Positions 1 through 13,567 of a stretch of 64,000 bases of DNA are shown here, piece by piece. The notes below the pieces were generated by a model. It saw only the letters and a program-made list of their open reading frames with translations, did no database searches and was not told the origin of the DNA. Made by a program: the position numbers and the translations under genes. This DNA comes from Strigamia acuminata (taxonomy: Eukaryota), in NCBI GenBank assembly GCA_949358305.1, contig OX442314.1:21018001-21082000 (forward strand), in the 5' to 3' direction. The first letter of the stretch is position 1; every line of letters starts with the position of its first letter.

Positions 1-1076
1 AGGTAGCTTTTGGAGCTGCGCATGAGTAGAAGTAAAAATTTGGCATTCCTCAGATTACTCTAGTTGAGAAATTTGCGAGGTTTTTGTTTTACACGACTGG
101 ATTATTTCCGTTTTATAGAAATTTTCACTTGTATTTACAACATCTGACCGTTGTGCACCTGTTCACAATATGAAATTGAAGCTGACGTTAAATTAAAGGT
201 CATGAACATGACAAAGGTTAGGTAGAATTAACTGGAGAGTCATGTTTTTAGATTAATTATTTTAATTTCTTTTGTCACTTGATTAATAGGCATTTAGATG
301 TTATCAGTGGTGTGACGTCAGGTTACTTCTAGTGGAAGGCGAAGGAGGAAGGACAGCATTAAAGTGATATATTGCAGACTTCTTTTAAGAGCGAGGATTT
401 CAAGCATCAACTGTAAAGAGTTTAAGTGCGTAGTCAATTTCCTTTAAGTAATTTAACAAACCAATGGCATAGTTAAGCTAGAGCAATGTCCGCCAGGTTC
501 AACAGTCAAGGAAACCATTTGTCCTGCCTTTGGACGTTTTCCCTGAAAAGTTTGCCGCCATCAAAGATCTTGTACGTGTGATGTGCAAACCAAAACACGA
601 GACCAACTGGTTTACTTCGCTTTAAAGGACTTTTTTTTTCTACCTCAAATCTCATCATTCTCGGCCAGGTTTGAAGCCGCGTGCTTTGGACCGAGAGGAA
701 GTGCGGTAACCACTCAGCTATCAAGGCCGGCAAACCGATATGAGTGTAGTATGATACTCTGTTCACTAAACTTGTTATACCGAGCTAAAGCAAGCAATAT
801 TCAAAACAAGACTAGGATGGGAATGAAGCACAGTTCTGACGTTTGTAAAATCGGGAAGAAAACGGCGTAGAATCTTAAGTAGCTTTTCATTAAGCGCATT
901 CTTATAGAGTAATTTAGTATCTTAGCCACCATTTTATCCGTACATTATTGCCTAGGCAATCTTTAATTCTTTGGTTAATAAAATACTTCAGTCAACTCCA
1001 AAATTCCTAAATATTAACACGCTTCGGCTTCCTATCTCACAATGTGTGACACATGATGGACTTGGATGTCTTTCCC

Positions 1077-1230
1077 CAATAGGAAGACATTAATATATTT
1101 AAACTGTTTCGATCTAACTTCAAAAATGGTGGCTAATTTACCGTAGTCTGTTTTCAGTCGCAGTGGGCATGCGCATGACATTTAAAAAACAAAACATGAA
1201 TGCATCTACTGACAGCTAAGTTGAATTCAG
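1077..1230 (+). repeat. Dispersed repeat family A, representative copy
   Basis: The motif chain TTTAAACTG..GATCTAACTTCAAAAATGG.GGC..AGTCGCAGTGGG.ATGCGCA.GACATTTAAA.AACAAAACAT recurs in part at about 27054-27172, 32320-32430, 52184-52350 and 27942-28000, and inverted at about 37285-37385. Confidence 0.75.
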
Positions 1231-2416
1231 TGTTCGTTTTGGGTCAAAATCTGTATTGTAGAGAATAGTAGTTGGTTTGGTTGGGAAAAAATAAAGAACT
1301 GCAATGATTGAGTAAGAAGGAACACTTGAGTTGAAAATGGAAGGAAAATAAAAGCCATTAAAAATTTGTGAGTGTACAGTATATCAGGATAAGTTATACA
1401 GCAATGATTTATTGATTTGTTCGTATACTACCATATTTTGTTGAATTGTGGCCACGGCTGTTAAGGATTGGGATTGCAAAACGAAACAGCAATAAATCAG
1501 GACGAGCATTTATACAAGAGAAAAATGTGGTAAATAAATTTTTACAGGATTTGGGTTAAAGTATTTTTTGATGTGTCAAATTCTTTTTGGTTCAAGAAGA
1601 AATTAATTATAGGAAATGGAGGGAATCATTGCCGTAACACGTTCGTGCGCTACACCGATGTTCTGGTTGCTCTTTGTCTATTGGATTGTTCTGCCACCAT
1701 GCACTGTCTCGTAAAGTTCGTGGGGCATTGTCTTAACAGCTTGGTTGGTAGCACTTGAAACATTTTGGAATTGCTTTAAGGACGAGATTCAGATGAAGTC
1801 TGGATTTGATGTGAGTAGAAACCTGACTTTTGGCGCTCAGAATCTTTTATGTCAAATTCACTTTCAGTTCTGTGCGCGCACAAAACAACAAATAATGAAG
1901 TTTTCAGCATCATCTCCAAAACAGCAAAGCCAGAAGGGACGCGGATCAACCGTCTTCCCCAAGCAAGAATAAAGCAAACACCAACGACACAGCTAGCTTA
2001 CTTGACCCTTCCACAAAGTATTCTGCATGGTCCCTGATGTGATGTGTACACGGGAGTGGTTTTTTTTGCATTTGATAGTTGGTGTGAGTTTGTTGGGATT
2101 GTTTTTTTAGATTTGGGTGGGGATCTGATGGTGTCTCGCGTGACTGGTGGTGGTGGTGTGGGGGTTGCGTGATCATTAGGTGCATTCAAATGTCAAAAAA
2201 CAAATTGTCTACTTAAATAAGTGACTTAAAGAAATGAATTCTCGATTGAACACATTAAAAATTGAACTGAACTACAACATGAGACTGCAATAGCTAACAG
2301 AAGATATTAGTAACTTCTATAAGTCAACGCAGTGATTTCAATTTTACTTAATCTTAATTCTCTTATTTGAATTGATTTAAGTTGACTCTTAGAGATGTGA
2401 TGTAAAAATCGTAATA

Positions 2417-2601
2417 CAGTCAAAACTCTTTATAATGAATCGCAAGGGACTCGAAAAATCGATTCGTTATAACGAGAATTTATTATATCGAAATTTTTTA
2501 ACATGGGTGTTCTATGGTCAGCCAACCAAACCAGTCTTTTGTAGGTATTCGTTATATCGATAATTCGTTATATTGTGATTCGTTATAAAGAGTTTCGACT
2601 G
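2417..2601. mobile_element. pogo/Tigger-like (Tc1/mariner superfamily) MITE, 185 bp
   Basis: 25-bp TIRs CAGTCAAAACTCTTTATAATGAATC / GATTCGTTATAAAGAGTTTCGACTG (2 mismatches), TA on both sides, internal TTCGTTATA repeats. Confidence 0.88.
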
Positions 2602-5600
2602 TAAGAAGCTGGGACAATAGTTTACATTGGGCACGTCGTCTTTAATTAAATTTGCATGAACAAACATGGAGCAGCTTTGTTAGGAATAGCGAACACGAAA
2701 CTTTACTATTCCGATGACTCGGACAGTTGAAATTCTAGACGAAAGGAATTATTAATCAAGCTTAACCGGTATTTGGTATTTCACATTCCACTTAACGGTT
2801 TATTTGTCAGCAAATTCCATGGGCAAAAGATTATAAAAGTATAAAATAAGCGAACAATTCTGTCTTCAATATTGGAAAGTCCTTTTAGGAGGCCATATAC
2901 AACCTTAGATGTCACTTAAAGAAGGGAAAAGCAAGACAGGAAACAAATGGCCGTGATTTGAAACGGACAGACTCACTGACCCACCCTCTCCTTCCTTTAC
3001 CCACTATCTACCCCACTCCTTCCCTCTATATCTCTGTCTGGAAACCACCCTCGCCATCTTTCGCTCTTCTTGCACTCAGTCCAACTGTACTTTTGGAACA
3101 GTCTCGGAAAAATAAAATATAGCTTTGAAAACATTGCCATGGGAGTAAGGGGAGGTGAATTGGAAAAATAAAATTTCTCCTCATGTCCACCATTGCGGAA
3201 CTGATAATTTGGAGCTAGATCAAAGAATTGTAAGAGGGAGGCTGTTGATTGCATCTGGCAAATGGAATTGGCAAATTAAATTTGCAAGAATGAGAATTAA
3301 TTTTTAGCTCGAGAAGTTAATGGAGTGTGGTGTCACGAGCGCACAAGAGGGAAGGGAAAAAATGTAAGGAGTTTGTGAGAAATGGATTGTTTGTTTCGTT
3401 ATGGATGTGTTATGGATTAATTCTTTTTTTCTTTTTTGTGTGTGAATGGGTTTTTTCTGGGGAGGAGTTTGAAGACAATGAAAAGAATTTAAAGATAAGA
3501 ATTTTTAAATTTGAATTCTTTGTGAGAATGGTGAAGAAAATGCGGGCGAAATGCGTGGCTGTATGTGGATTTCGAATTTTTGATGGAGCTTTGTTTTTCG
3601 ACTAAATGGTGAATAAGGATTGCAGTAATTAAATGAGATAGAAACCCCATTGGTTCCTCTGTGTGGGGGATAGAAATAAAGTTTTGAGAACAAAAATGAT
3701 TGCTTTGTAACACGATTTGGTGAAATTTATCGATTTTCTCAAATCTGGTGACAATATATTAGAAAAAAGTGTTTTTAGAAAGCTGATTTGTGGTTTACAG
3801 GAAATAATTTCTGTTTAGAAACACTTAATTTACAAATTTAAACTTAATAAGACAAGCAGCTGACAGGCTGAGCAACTTTTTATAGTAAGTGATGACAAAT
3901 TAAGTAAATACTGCATGAAAAAAATCGACAAAAATTTAAATAAATGCTTTAATCGCTTTAAAGACAAGCTATAACGTATAAAATTAAAGGTTGTGCTTAG
4001 CAAATTCCACGGAAAGGTAATGTTTTCATAAATTTACTTTTAATAGCCTCATTCATAGTGTTAGTTTATATTTTTTACAAATCAGGGCTAGTTTGAATGG
4101 AAAATGTTGATTTTGTTTTTGTTTGTTTTGCATATTTAATTTCTCAATAAACCAAACACACGCATGGGCAAATCCTTCAATAAAACGCTTTAAAACACAT
4201 GAATGTAAATTTAAATATTTTTCTAAATGAAATTTTGTACACATTGCATCCAAGTGTGCAAGTTCCACATAGGCCGCAAACAATACTATCAGTCGAAAAT
4301 TCAAAGCTTTTTCTTTCACTTCAAACGAGCCTCGCATACTGATGTGTTTGATGTTTGATTGCTTTTAATAAGTGTTATCTTGTCTTTTTTGGCCATTGAT
4401 TTTCACTAGATCTATCTGTACTGGTGTCTGCCATTTTGGATTTAGCTATATAAAAAGTTATAACCAAAACACGGTTTAAACAACTTCAAAAACCAAGCCG
4501 GTGGTCATTTTTGCTTATGGCAATTTTGTTTGCATCTGATCAATTTATTTATATAAATAGAAGTGGAAAAAAATGAAAGTTTGAACGAGTCTAATGTTTT
4601 ATTTTTGATTAGCTTTTCCGTTCATATTATCTATTTCTTTTTTCCTTTCAATTTCAACTATTGATTTCTTGTTTTAAAAAGAAACGTATCCGGCTTTTTA
4701 ATTATTTTTGCAGGTTATTTATATCTCGATGTATACATTAATGCGTATTTCTATATATTTTTCTTCCATTTTAATACATTCTTAGGTCAACATTCATTTT
4801 TCTCATTAATTTTTTTTCCTATGCGGATCCGTGTCACCAGTTTATCGTAAGCCTCAGGGCATTGATTGAGATTCTAAAGTTACAATGCCGAGATTTGTAA
4901 ATGCTGAAAAGACAAACAAGATCGTTCTTAGACTCAGTGTATATTTCAGACATTTGCCAAAACCAACTTAGAATTGAAAAGAAAAAAAACAGTAAGTGAA
5001 TTAGTTTTCAATTAAATTCAAGAGAATCGTCTTTCTCGATGGAAAGTCTCGAGTTTCTTTGTTTATTTTTGCTTTAATCCTGGCTCGTGGGGGCTGGTGA
5101 GGGTCAGCTGTTTTCAATAGTGTATTGCATGAGTTAAAAGTTTGCCGAACAACAAAAGGTACCTCGGTAACTGATGGGGAATGCGAACAAGTTAGAAAAG
5201 GAAGGAAAAAGTGAGGAATTTCCACATGAAAAGGAATAAATGAAAAGAAGCCAAAGCGCCTACAACAACGCTCAGTGAATAAGTTAGTTGCAAGCAGACC
5301 TGAATTCTGACCATGGTCTCGCTCGCTGCCACCAACTGATGGGCTTACTGATAAGGTGCTGAGGTTCGCGATTCAATTGGGAATAAATTTTTGTTTGTGT
5401 TTTGTACGTTTGTTTAGGGAAAAATGTTTTTCTCATTTTGTTTACATTTCTTATTGGGTTTTTGGAAAAGGCAGAATTGAGTAAAAGAAAAATATCTTTT
5501 TTGTGTTTTGTGAAATGACGTAAGCGGCTGCCAACTTGTCAAAAATCATGAACATTGAATGTACAACATGCAGGTTGTCAAAATTGGTGTGATAACTGAC

Positions 5601-6699
5601 GTTCTACGAGTTGGACTTGCCAATTTTGGCTAGCACCATGTATTGTTATGTGAATAGGAAATTGTGTTTATAGATAAATAAAATGACACGTACATCGTGC
5701 AGTAGAAGTGTGTTGCAATACCCTTGGTTGTGTTAATGACTAGTCTATAGAGGTAAAGGATTTTGGACATGTGTTGTCACAGTAATTATTCCGCAAGGGC
5801 ATCTGGAGGCAACATCGCTAAGGACAGATGTCAGATGTCGGAGAGTATAAATGTTATCTGTGTTGTGCACCTTAAGGTGTGTAGGTAGTAAGCACTATTT
5901 AGGAATTTGTCAGATTATTACTGTACTATTATTGGAATGTCCAATTTTAACCCGGCTCATTTCATTTTATTAAATTCTTGAAAGAATTTTCATCTGAATA
6001 AATTTATTTTGTATGTTATATTCTTTTGAATTTAATTAGTAATTTAAACAAAAACGACTTTTGATATTTAAAGTTATTTTAATTATATACTTTTTAATTA
6101 ATGTTGTGGAATTTTTTTTCACTTTAATTGTATGTTTTTTTTTTTTTTTAAAACATTTTGTCAATTCAAACATACCAAGGAATGGTTTGCGTCAAGTTTA
6201 AAGATTTTATATCAAAGATTTGAGTTTTCTTTTTCTAGGGTTATTTTTCATACGGATTAAGTTTATTGCATGAAAATTAAACTTGTCCAGGTGTTAAATT
6301 TTTTTTTAAATTTTTATTATTATTAATGCTGTATCTACTTAATTTTGGCGTTTTTTTTTTTAAAGTAAAGCTATTCTGATGTATTTGTTCAGACTTTCGA
6401 GAAACCCAAGTATCGCTGAAATGTGAGAAGATTGTATTTTTTAAAAAAAGAAACATCAAAGGGAAAACTGATGTAAACTTTTTTTAATCCTACGAAAAAA
6501 AGGAGAAACTTTTAGCTTGAAGTTGTTAGTCTCGCATTTTGACTGTTTTGAAGGATGGCTTTGGATACAAGTAATTCCATTTATTCAACATTTGAAAATA
6601 GACATTCAACTGAAATATGTTTGTTTCATTTGACATTCATGGTTTACTTTAGGTTCGAGCAATACAACAAAACTGAAGTATTTATAAATTTGATTGTGA

Positions 6700-7085
6700 A
6701 GAACAGCAAATTCAATGTGCTCAATGCGCCCATGCATTTTTTAATTTAATCAGAATTTTCACTTTTGAAAGTCCTAACAAGATTCAAAAACAATGTTCTG
6801 TGCAGCAAATCCAATGTGCCCAATGTGCCAAGAATATCTCTCTTTTCCCTCTCAGAATTTGCATTTTTTAGAATTTGAAAATCCTGCTGGCAGAACACGG
6901 AACGGATAATTCAAAAACAATGTCCTTATAGCAATTCCAATGTGCTCATTGTGCCAAGCATTTATTTTCAATGTACTCGTTGTACCGAGCATTTATTTCC
7001 AATGATCTCACTTTATTTAGTAAGAGTTTACATTTTTTTTTAGAATATTGAATGCTTGAAATCTCCAACAGGATTGAAAAATGTT
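6700..7085. repeat. Degenerate tandem repeat (about 100-125 bp unit, 3 copies)
   Basis: AGCAA.T.CAATGTGC.CA.TG.GCC recurs near 6705, 6805 and 6930. ATTCAAAAACAATGT recurs, as do short CAATG...GCATTTATTT subrepeats. Confidence 0.7.
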
Positions 7086-7989
7086 ATTCCTTCACATTAC
7101 TACTAAAACTATACTGCAATAATACCAATTTTTGTTCCATAATATTTTTGCAAGAGAGCTGTGGAAGTAATACACAGGATATATATTTTCTCTAAGCCTC
7201 TGGTGAATCAGCACCACCTAGTGGTTTAAAGTAGGAATAAATGGTAAGATTGCAGTTTATTTATTTTTTACTGATGACTTCTTTGCAGAGATGGTGTGAG
7301 CACTAGTTCTGCACAGATCTTTTCTAATTGGGATTTAGTCTTCCTGAAACACAGCTCTCGAAGAGTTTGATGACTTCCCTAAACTATTTCCTGCCATTGG
7401 TACATACACTTCTGAAACTGTTCACAGGAAATAGGAAAGGAGATTTTTTCCCCCTCCTTCTTTTAGGCTTTTATCTTCAAACTCATCTCTCTTGGTTTAT
7501 GACATTGATCCAAATGGTTACTATTAAAAGAGATTGATGTAAAGCTAATATTTGGGGTTTGGTTTGTGATGATTTAAAAAGTGGCAATAAATGAAGCCAA
7601 TAAGATGAGCTTTTTTTGGTTAGATTGTTTGTATAAGAAAGTTCATATATATATATATATATATTTGTTGCACAATTTTATAGGGTTGTCAGGAGGTAGA
7701 ATTTGGAGGTTTTTCTATTTTTTTCCATTCTTTTCAATACACACGGCTTTTAAATTTAACGAGCTATGAAATTTCTTTTTCCTGTTTTTCTTTTTTTTGT
7801 GTGGGTAATTTTTTTTCTTGTTTTTATTAAAGGGAACGATTTAGTTGGGTGTTAATGGTTATCGGTTTGCTGTTCCATTTTGGAAATTGGTAATGGTGTT
7901 AAAAATGTTTTTATAGTAAGGTTTATAAAAGGGATATGGAGGAGACATTTTTTTTTGGTTGGTGTTTTGGGTCTTGTGGCTTAACTTAA

Positions 7990-8432
7990 CCTTCCCACAA
8001 CCATGGCGGGGTCAGAAAAATAACAAAAGTAGTAAAACAACTAACTTGTTTTTTCCTGAAATTTAATTTATGGGACCAGCTTTAATTCCTCCAAAAATTT
8101 TTGTTCTAATTTTATAATGACTAAGTACTAATATTTTTTCGATTATTAATAAAACAATAATAATATTTGCAACACAAAAAACACCATTACGGGAGCGCCG
8201 TACACTGTTTTGCCATCTTTTAGCACTAGGCGGTATATTGAAATGCTTCTGCGCATGTGCACAATCTTATTTTTCCAAGTGCAGTCGCAATTTTCCTGGC
8301 GTGAGAACATGTTTTAATGTGCTCAAACCAGGAAAATGAGATTGTGCACATGCGCCGAAGCTTGTCAAAAGGAGACAGAAATGACCGACCACGGCTAGCA
8401 AAGTGTGGTAACTAGCCATGGCTACGGGAAGG
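7990..8432. mobile_element. piggyBac-type MITE, 443 bp
   Basis: TTAA|CCTTCCCACAACCATGGC ... GCCATGGCTACGGGAAGG|TTAA: 15/18 TIR match and TTAA TSD. Strong internal inverted repeat at 8245-8361. Confidence 0.8.
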
Positions 8433-8511
8433 TTAACACTGTTGAATATTTACTTTGGCTGTTTTTTCACTCTGAATTACAGCGGATTTATTTTTTGCAG
8501 GATCTTGTAGG

Positions 8512-8734
8512 AATGGGGAACATTTGGTAGATGTGCCCTACGTTACTACAGAGCTAGTGAGCTAACAGCAGAAACAATCAGCAAAAACTTTCAGCAGACG
8601 ATAGTCTTAATTCCATAAACGCAATCAGACTACGTAATCTTGACTGTATCGTCTGTCTACTGATCGTTTTTGCTGTTAGCACACTTGCGCCACCCTGGTG
8701 AGTAAAAATTTAACCCAACCGAATGTTCCCTATT
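8512..8734. mobile_element. Unclassified palindromic MITE-like element
   Basis: Terminal IR AATGGGGAACATTTGGT / ACCGAATGTTCCCTATT. Nested IRs GCTAACAGCAGAAACAATCAG / CTGATCGTTTTTGCTGTTAGC and CAGACGATAGTC / GACTGTATCGTCTG. Confidence 0.6.
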
Positions 8735-10320
8735 GAATCATTATCCCGATACACTCAACTCTGACCAATCAGAAAAAAGCACAATAAATGGAAACGTGCC
8801 CATTATTTGAATATTTAAAGTTTAATTTAAAGCTTGAATAGCTTGGCTAATTTTTATAAGTGACATAACTTACTGAGTCTATGAAAATGAGGTCAATAAT
8901 TAGACACTTATCTCAGGGCTATCCAACTTCTGCATGGACATGTGTGAAAAAAATATTTGGAAGCTGAGATGCGGGTCCGGAAAGAAAATTTTAGGGTTGG
9001 CTGTGAGCCAGACATCTAACATTGTAGTTACATCTTTACACGTTGGTGTGCCACGTCAGATTTTAGTTTCTTCAATCAACAATCTCATATCAAATCATGG
9101 GACTGTGTTGACAGTTCTGAATGAAACAACCATGGCGAATTGCCACGATGGCTGCAGGTGCTTTCTAATTGGCTGCGCATGGAAAAATAGAAATATTTTC
9201 TATTTATATTCACACGCATTTCTCAGAATTTTCGCGTGTTACAACAAGTGGACGTTACAACAGTGCCAAGGAATGACTGCATTTTGTGAAAAAAATTGAT
9301 TCAATTATTATTATTTTTATTTTTTATTAAAAAATAGAATTATAGAAGAAATAATTTGACCAAAACATTAAAAAAAATAATATAAAGTTTAAAAAGAAAC
9401 AATGTTAACAGCTAATTTAACAAATTTAACATTTCAAACAAATGAAGCACTTTTAAAATTGCACGTAAGGTCAGACAGCAAAGCCGACATTTGTTATTTC
9501 TAGAGAATGTGTAGGTACCTTTAGGAAGTCATTTGGGATCACATGTAATGCACAAGATGTCAACACCCTGTTGATAATTTAGCTTGGTTATTTGAAACAT
9601 GAGGTCTGGCAATGGATTTTCTCTCTCCTTGTTGTATAATGATTGGTTGGAGCTGTTGTTACAATGCAGCAAACAAGTTTAAGAAGTCGTGGCTAATATT
9701 TTCTGCAACAAGCTCTCGAGTTTGGTGTATTTGGAGTGGTCGTAAATCAAGTTGACTTCAGTTTGGCTGACACCTTCCTTTTCCAAACGAGTTCTAACAT
9801 TTTATGACTCTTGTTCTGGCTGGGAAGAAAATGGTGGAGAATAAAGAGTTAAAAGAGGCAATTTCCGACCCTGGCAGGTTATGGTTAAGCTTTATATACT
9901 CCGCATGCCAAGAGAGCTAATAAGAAAAAAAATTGGAACGTGATCGTACCACAAAATGTGACTTTGTTTCATATAAATGAATCTGATTATATTGGCTAAC
10001 TACAGTACATACTGATAGGGTTTCATTACAGTGTGGGGTAGAAAAGGCATCGTTGCACTATTGGTAATTTTTTTTTAAAAAAATGAAAGGACTTTTATGT
10101 AATAAACCTAAGAGATAAACAATCCTGGTAAATGTGAAAGTATTGACCGAGATTTTGACGGTATCAGTCTTTTTATGAATTAAATATTTTTATTAAAAGT
10201 TAATTGGGTTTAATTATTTATTTTCAGATTAGGAACTCGTGTAACTGTACGGTTTTAGTGCTGCTAGTTATTTTACAGAAGTCAAAGGTATGTTTATCAT
10301 TATTATTTATTAGATGTTTA

Positions 10321-10540
10321 CCGTAAACGCTTTAATAGAAGGCGGGTGGTCGATTTACAGAACCTAGATTTCCCCGCAACTGTTTTAGTGTTTGTGATAA
10401 ATTTAGACATTTATTTTAGTCGTTTTGTTCAATTTTGATATTAAATTTAGTCATTTTGGTTTGGATATTGAATTCGGTCGTTTCGGTCAATTGAGACCAG
10501 CACTGAATGGGCGTCCCGCGTTCTATTTGAGCATTTATGG
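10321..10540. mobile_element. Tc2-like MITE, 220 bp
   Basis: TA|CCGTAAACGCTTTAATAGAAGGCGGG ... CCCGCGTTCTATTTGAGCATTTATGG|TA. CCGTA terminus with TA TSD, and degenerate internal tandem units. Confidence 0.8.
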
Positions 10541-12714
10541 TAGTTTATTTTTTTGAATTATCGCTAAGTGACGTTCTTGATGTTTCTCTGCAAGTCAATC
10601 ACATTTTTGAAAGCATTTTATGAGCGGTAAAGTAGGAAACCGAAAGTATTATGGAGGTTTTGATGTCTGGCGTCAAAACTGCAAAATTAATTGTTAGAAG
10701 TGTTTTGCCATTAGATGTCGCAACTAAGCGCGTGATCATTACTGCGCACAAAGTGCCGTGGTTGTACATTCTCCCCATTCTTAGTAGTAGCTCTGGGAAA
10801 TTGTATTTATAAATTTAAACATTATGTAAAAAAAAAAATGAAATTTACATTCCCCCTAACACTTAACCACGTTTGGGAAGCTAATTTAATGCGCCAGTTT
10901 TGAGCACCCGGATGACTAGAAAATATGTTGAAATACAGCTGTGGAAAAGAACCAAATTAAGCAACAAACCGGCGTCTTTAAAAACCAAAATCGTAATCTC
11001 ACGATAAGTTAGCATTTAACCAATTTAAGAAAATAATCATAACCAAACGTTCGAGTGAGTCAAATCTTTAACATGGGAGCTGCGCAAATATAGCAATCTT
11101 TTCTATGATACTATGTTTTCAATAACACTGCGATTATTCAATCGTTGAATTCCATCTTCGCGTCACTCGGGGATAACATCAATAAAATTCCGAATTGAAA
11201 ATTCGACGATTTGTTGCTAGAATGTTTGCACAGTGGACTGATGACATATTGTTAATAAATGGATTATTTTTTGGCTATCAACAAAAAAAATATCTAAAAA
11301 ATGCTATCTTTTTGATGTTTTCGTTGAAAAGAGGAAAATTCTGATGAATGAGCGACTCAGTGAATCAAAATAATACAACAAAAAAATTAATAAAACGATG
11401 TGGAAACGACTTGAAAGAGATCACTACTTTATATATATATACGAATTGATTATGTGTATATTTAGAATGATTCTTGATTAAGACCGTTCATGATTATATT
11501 TTTAAAGTTGCATTTGCCACTAATGGAGTTTAAGTAGGAGGTTGAAGGATGACTGTGCTATGGAAACGAAGGCAGACCAAATGGAATGTTCAATTCAGTC
11601 ACATGTGGTTAGCTATGGGTATGCTGTGCTCTGAAATTCAATTTCGGGCCCTGTGCTTGTGGAACGAGTTAAATAAGCAGAGTTAAGGGTAAAAAATGCA
11701 CAGCAGAAGAACAAAAAAAAATGTAGTATTTTAAAAAATGAAAAGATTTGAAGCTATATATTATTTATAGTGCGAGCGCGCTGTAAATGTTCTCGTTGCA
11801 CGTGAGATAGAGATTAATTTGTTGTCTTTTATATCCATGGGTTTTTGTAAGGTTATTGTAGAGGATTAGGGCTGGGCTTATTATGATGCGTGTGGGATTT
11901 AGGCTTCTGGTAGAAGCTAAAAGTAAAAATGAGTGGAAGCAACAACATATTTAGGATAATGATTTTCTAATCTTGTGTTTTGATAACTGAACTGAATTTT
12001 TAATTTGTGTGTTGTGTACGGATTGGCAGGGCTGAAAGGGATTAGATTTTCTATTTTCAGGTAATTAAAAGAGTTGTCGGGTTATTTTTGTCGAAGAAAA
12101 ATTTGAGTATCATGTTTGAAGGGCAAAAAAGGGTCTGGTGAGTGGAATAAATGTGTTTGTTCTGATGAATGATGGATTGGAGATGCAGGAAGTAAGAAAA
12201 AGTGCGTTGTGTTTCATGGAGAAAAAAAAATCACTTGAATGACTCGAGTCGTTTGCGCGCATTTCTGCAATTCGGAAATGATGGTCTTGATGTTCTGTTT
12301 TGCTTAGGCAAATCTTCTTACTCTTTTAGTTTGCTTTTTTTTTTAGGTAAAAGGGACTTTTGGGTCACTTTATACTTATAAATAATGTCTTATTGAAGCA
12401 AACCGGGTACGCGATCAAGAGTTTAGTTGTTGTTTGTTGCAAGTGAAGTTTTTAAATAAAAAATAAGTTTGGCTTTTAAATTTGAATGCTGTTGTTAGTA
12501 AAAGGGGTTGTAATTAAGTGAACAATTTTAATCTAATTTTTATTCACTAAATTCGTAAATCGTTTTTTTTTTATTTTAGTTTCTGATAAGATTTTTGTTT
12601 AATTTAATAAGTTTGGGGCTGAGAAAAAGGCTTCGCCGGCTTAAATTTTAGCTTTCAGCATTAAAAGTTGATGTTAGTTAGTTTGAGAGAACTCAAACGA
12701 ACAATTGGCTTTGC

Positions 12715-12807
12715 TGTGCTGGGTTTGGCATTAATGACGTCAGATGTTCTATTTTAACAATGGCACAATGGAACAATGTTGACGTCATAGATGCCAAACG
12801 CAGCACA
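12715..12807. repeat. 93-nt imperfect hairpin carrying two TGACGTCA palindromes
   Basis: TGTGCTGGGTTTGGCATTAATGACGTCA.ATGTTCTATT pairs with AATGGAACAATGTTGACGTCATAGATGCCAAACGCAGCACA. Confidence 0.8.
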
Positions 12808-13567
12808 ATGAAAACTACTTTTCTTTTGACTCTTTTGTTTTGTTTTGGTCATCATGATTTTGGTTGAACGTAAACTTTAAGTTAGGTTACTATGTTACTT
12901 ACTATACCAAAGTTTTCTAAAAAGTTTTCTAACAAAAGTTTTAAAACAATAAATAGTAATTTTTAAAATATTTATTTGATTAGGCTTTAATTTTAAAATG
13001 ATTCGGATTCTATTAATAGCGATAAGTGTGTTTTGACAATTGTTTTCGTTTTGACTTTACTGATTAATTTTCTTTATCAATCAGGAATAGATTGAAAGTA
13101 AATACATAGTTGTAATTGGCAAACATTTTAGCGGGATGTTTCAATTGCACATCATTAAGAGAAAGTAGCAATCAGTTGATTGCTTTGTTGTGTGGGAGTT
13201 CCTTTCATAAGTTTATTTCTCTTTAATATTTGTGTAATTTTATCACTGAAATAATTCAGTAAGTAAAGACTTTAGTGTTAGCTGTTGATGTCTTGCGGTG
13301 TACCCTTGAGTCTTAAAGAAGAAGATAATCACAATTGATGTGCGTAAGGAATTGGGTTGTTTTAAGACAGTCCCAAAAGGAAGTGTAAATTGTTAATTTC
13401 CACTGGAATATCCCTGGAGATTACCAGTAGGATTTAGGGAGAAGGAAAGAAAAGGAAAAAGTTCGAGTAAGCAACTTTGGCACGCTTCTTTATTTATTCT
13501 GTTGGATTCAACAGAATTTACAAGGAAATTAAATATAGTCGCTGTTAGATATAACGAATTAATGTTG

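Noticed and set aside
11341..11366. CTGATGA followed by a small stem as a second hammerhead
   Set aside because: It is followed by GAAT rather than GAAA and has no helix I or III. The other CTGANGA hits I checked also lack the GAAA box.
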